A stretch of DNA of 64,000 nt from an uncultured Spirochaetota bacterium (GTDB lineage Bacteria; Spirochaetota; Brevinematia; Brevinematales; JAOACQ01): the NCBI GenBank assembly GCA_963783575.1, contig CAWAOD010000003.1, forward strand, positions 192,001 through 256,000. Reading direction: 5' to 3'. The position numbers were made by a program, and so were the translations under genes. Within the stretch, counting starts at the first letter, position 1. The number at the start of each line of letters is the position of its first letter. Positions 60,453 through 64,000 of the stretch are shown piece by piece. Below the pieces are notes generated by a model. That model had not been told where the DNA came from, did not search any database, and was given only the letters and a program-made list of their open reading frames with translations.

Positions 60453-63347
60453 TTATTTACCAATTTTGTCAAGCAGTTCTTTTGATTTTATAGCCCAATC
60501 GCTTCCCGGATATTTATCAATGATTCGCTCAAGATACTTCCTTGCAGTATCCGCATTATCAGTTTTATAATAACAATAGGAAAGGCCGTAAAGGCTCTGG
60601 GGATAAAGCCCGGTATATTTATAAACATAAAAGATATTCCCATACTGCTTTATGGCGTCAATATAATTCCCCTTGTTTTTATTGTATTCGGCTAATTCAA
60701 AAATTGATAACGCAGCTTCATCACCGGTTGAAATATTTATGACATCATTGAACAATTTTAATGCGTCTTCAATTTTTTCTTCTCTCTTATAGACAAGCGC
60801 CAGTTTATACATTGCAGAGGCTTTTGCCTCAGGAGTTTTGCTCTGATCGATAAGGAGCCTGTACATTTTTTCTTCATTGCCGCCGCTTTTTTGTTTCAAT
60901 TCAATATCCGAAAGCTGAATCTTCGCTTTTTCGGCATCTGGTGAACCGGGGAACAAATCTATCAGTTTTTTTAAATAATAACCGGCTTTATCAAAATTAC
61001 TTAAATTGTAATAAATAAGAGCGGCTCTCCATAAGCTTTCATCGGAATAATCGCCTTTCGGATAGCTTAAGAAATATCTTTCAAACATATTGACTGCATT
61101 TATCATATCATTCATATTATTATATGACCACGCCATCCAGTAAATCGAAGCCGGGGCAAAATCTCCGGCCTGCTTCAGTGTTAAAATTTTATTATAATAA
61201 TCCACAGCTTTTTTATATTCCGCAAGATTATAATAATATTCCGCAAGCTTAAACAGCGCTTCCGCAGTATAGCCTGAATCCGGGTAATTATCCGTAAGAT
61301 TCTGATAAATCAGAGCGGCCTTCTGCTGTTCACCCATTTTTATATTACACCATGCCATATCCGATAAAGCGGCAGGGATATCATCCTTGATTCCGAAAGC
61401 AGTTGCCCTATCAATGAACTGATTGTAAGAATCTATTGAATTCGTATAATCCTCAAGATTATAATAGGATTTGGCAATATAAAGCCAACCTTCCAGTATT
61501 TTATTTTTGTCCTGGGTTAAAGCTATGGAATTCTTAAAATAACCCGCGGCATCATAATATATTTTTAAACGGAAATTCGCCCAGCCAAGAAGATTGTATA
61601 CTTCGGATTTCTGCTCCTGATTAAGATTTTGCTTATCCAGATTTTTAAGATAATCATTCAGTTCTTCAAATTTTTCCTGCTTATAATAAATCCATGCGAT
61701 TTTAATGGAAGCGTCAGCTGAGTATGTTGAAGTTTTATAATCTTTTGTAACCTTTTTAAAATTCTCCTCCGCGTTATTGTAATCTTTATCGTTATAGCCG
61801 ATTATGCCCATACTATAATAAGCTTCAGGCACAAGTGGACTTGACGGATAACCGCCGATCAACCTTTTATAATTTGTCAGCGCTTTAGCATAGTCCTCTT
61901 TTTTTATATAAACCCAGGCAGCTTCGCTGAGAGCCTCATCGCGCAGAGAGCTTCCGGTATTGCTAATAATTACGCCGAATGATTCAAGAGCCCAGTCATA
62001 ATTAGTCAATCCCGCATAAGCATGACCCTTATAAAGAAAAACTTCATCCGATTTGCCGTTTATCGGATCTGTTCTTGAATAATTTTCAAAATATGAAATC
62101 GCGTTTTTATACTGCTCCAATTCAAGGCAGCATCTTCCCATCCAGTAAAGCGCCTTCTTTCCATATTCCATATCGGGGAATTTATTATTAATCTTTTCAT
62201 ATTCGGAAAGAGCCCCGGGATAATCTTTTTCCAGAAATTCCAGTTCGGCAATCTTCGAATAAGCCAGGACTTCGCTTTCCCCGCCGGATAAAGCGATTTT
62301 TTCATAAACCGCAAGGGCGTTTGAATAATCTTCCTTTAAAACATAACATGAAGCCAGTTCAATTATACTTTTTTTTGAATATTCGGGATCATTATTCGAA
62401 TTTGTCAGCTGAACCAGGTATTTCACCGCTGAATCAATGTCATTCTTAAGCTTATAAAGAAGTGCAATTTTATACAGAGCCTCATCCCTGTATTCATTAA
62501 TGACAACTCCATTGCTTAATGTCCGGGAAAGTTCCGTCAGATACTGCAGCGATTCGCTGAATTTATCCTGTTTGATATAACACATCGAAGTATAATAAAG
62601 CGCTTCATACTGAAAATTAAGATTGGTTTTCGATACAATCCCAAGCAAATATGGAAGAGCTTTATCAATATCATTATTCAAATAATAAGCTTTTCCGGTA
62701 TCAAAAACCGCTTCATCCCTGTAAACCGAAGAAACATATTTATCAGAAAACTGTTTAAGCACATCAATTGCATTTTTGTAATCGGAATCATAAAGATAAG
62801 CCTGTCCAAGCCTGAAAAGGCTTTCTTCAGAATATGCCGAGGCCGGATATTTCTGATTGAGTAGCTTGAATTCATCTGAAGCCGCGTCATATTTACCGCT
62901 CAATAAATAATCAAAAGCAACAATATAAGTAGCTTCGGGTATAAGTTTACTGCCCGGATATGTTTTTATAAAACCGGTAAGGTTTTGAATTGATTTTTCA
63001 TAATTCTTTAATTTATAATAAGCCGCGCCGATTAAATATACAGCTTTTTCTTTAAACGGCGAATCCGGGTAATTGTTAATAAATTTATTGAACGACACTA
63101 TTGCCGTATCGAATTTATTGTCTTGAAAATAACACATGCCTATATAAAATGAAGCATCATCGGCAAATTCCCCGTCAGGATCGCTGGAGACAGCTTTTTC
63201 AAACAAATTGACAGCTATTGAATAAGCGCCGTCATTGAATGAAGCGAGGCCCGAATTGAAATATCTCTGGGAATCGCTTTTTGCAGCATAATTTATTGAA
63301 AAAATAAATAATATCATTAGTATTGGAAGAATTAATTTTTTCATCAA
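60453..63347 (-). CDS. Exported multi-TPR protein
   Basis: Signal peptide; many A.F/Y..G..YY...Y..A...F....YP.S repeats. Confidence 0.88.
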   Translation of the reverse strand: MMKKLILPILMILFIFSINYAAKSDSQRYFNSGLASFNDGAYSIAVNLFEKAVSSDPDGEFADDASFYIGMCYFQDNKFDTAIVSFNKFINNYPDSPFKEKAVYLIGAAYYKLKNYEKSIQNLTGFIKTYPGSKLIPEATYIVAFDYLLSGKYDAASDEFKLLNQKYPASAYSEESLFRLGQAYLYDSDYKNAIDVLKQFSDKYVSSVYRDEAVFDTGKAYYLNNDIDKALPYLLGIVSKTNLNFQYEALYYTSMCYIKQDKFSESLQYLTELSRTLSNGVVINEYRDEALYKIALLYKLKNDIDSAVKYLVQLTNSNNDPEYSKKSIIELASCYVLKEDYSNALAVYEKIALSGGESEVLAYSKIAELEFLEKDYPGALSEYEKINNKFPDMEYGKKALYWMGRCCLELEQYKNAISYFENYSRTDPINGKSDEVFLYKGHAYAGLTNYDWALESFGVIISNTGSSLRDEALSEAAWVYIKKEDYAKALTNYKRLIGGYPSSPLVPEAYYSMGIIGYNDKDYNNAEENFKKVTKDYKTSTYSADASIKIAWIYYKQEKFEELNDYLKNLDKQNLNQEQKSEVYNLLGWANFRLKIYYDAAGYFKNSIALTQDKNKILEGWLYIAKSYYNLEDYTNSIDSYNQFIDRATAFGIKDDIPAALSDMAWCNIKMGEQQKAALIYQNLTDNYPDSGYTAEALFKLAEYYYNLAEYKKAVDYYNKILTLKQAGDFAPASIYWMAWSYNNMNDMINAVNMFERYFLSYPKGDYSDESLWRAALIYYNLSNFDKAGYYLKKLIDLFPGSPDAEKAKIQLSDIELKQKSGGNEEKMYRLLIDQSKTPEAKASAMYKLALVYKREEKIEDALKLFNDVINISTGDEAALSIFELAEYNKNKGNYIDAIKQYGNIFYVYKYTGLYPQSLYGLSYCYYKTDNADTARKYLERIIDKYPGSDWAIKSKELLDKIGK

Positions 63348-63448
63348 TTTCCTCTAACATTATTCAACATATCATTCATTATAATAATTTTAAAAAAAAA
63401 ATACAAGTGAAAAATATGATCGGGAGCTACCCGAAATTAGCTAAATCA

Positions 63449-63477
63449 TTGACAACCAATAAAAATATATATATTAT
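63449..63477 (+). promoter_or_regulatory. Sigma70-type promoter
   Basis: TTGACA-17 bp-TATTAT. Confidence 0.5.
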
Positions 63478-63534
63478 TTATGCAGATTAAATCAATCCGG
63501 CACTGATATTAAGTTATTTCAGAAGAAGGCTGGA

Positions 63535-64000
63535 ATGAAAAGCGTATCAAAGAATAATAATTTAATAAACAACCTGCTGTATTTTTCACTTACTTGGTTT
63601 TTCAGCCTGGTTATCTGGCGGCATAAGGTTACTGGATTTGCCAATATACCGGTTAAAGGCCCCGCGGTTCTTGTCGGTAATCATATGGGCTCGATCGGGC
63701 CGATTACCATTATGTCCTCGCTTCCAATCAGGCTTTACCCCTGGATAACCTCGGAAATGACAAATTTAAGGGAATCCCCGGAATATCTGAGGAAAGATTT
63801 TGTAGAAAAAGAGCTGAAGCGAAAGCCCCCATTCAGCACTCTACTTTCCTTAAGCATTACAAGCATTGCAGTACCCTTGATTAACAGCCTTCACTGCATA
63901 CCAGTTTATAAAAACCCTTTCAAGCTGAAATATACATTTGAAAAATCGATTGAACTTTTAAAGAATAATAACTTTATACTGCTCTTTCCCGAAGACACAT
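63535..64000 (+). CDS. PlsC-like acyltransferase, 3' partial
   Basis: Manual translation MKSVSK...GPAVLVGNHMGSIGP...LLFPED; runs off the window end. Confidence 0.75.
   Translation, partial: MKSVSKNNNLINNLLYFSLTWFFSLVIWRHKVTGFANIPVKGPAVLVGNHMGSIGPITIMSSLPIRLYPWITSEMTNLRESPEYLRKDFVEKELKRKPPFSTLLSLSITSIAVPLINSLHCIPVYKNPFKLKYTFEKSIELLKNNNFILLFPEDT

Overview
AT-rich bacterial chromosomal window with about 55 genes. The taxon cannot be determined here. Many Ser/Asn-rich lipoproteins with FSC/ISC-type lipoboxes plus outer-membrane beta-barrels point to a diderm, possibly spirochaete-like anaerobe (inference). Housekeeping blocks are clpP-clpX-lon, uvrB, xseB, iorA/iorB-paaK-ACT and Lrp-aminotransferase. 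These alternate with accessory surface loci: an omptin with a giant repeat lipoprotein, three lipoprotein glycoside hydrolases and MerR-MFS-ABC efflux genes. No rRNA, tRNA or CRISPR array was recognised. The three most notable observations are: (1) a 7 kb cassette of five lipoproteins that share a near-invariant N-terminal tag (C-x-AGDPD-x-I-x-Q-x-x-SRNN-x-ND) but carry different passenger domains, plus an embedded candidate outer-membrane partner; (2) a spermidine synthase fused to two tandem AdoMet-decarboxylase-like domains whose catalytic residues appear split between the halves, as in the eukaryotic enzyme; (3) a radical SAM/SPASM enzyme paired with a small Cys-Tyr-Gly lipoprotein. Single-base frameshifts in several conserved genes (clpX, iorB, htrA-like, FAH, a GH) suggest indel-prone sequencing rather than true pseudogenes.
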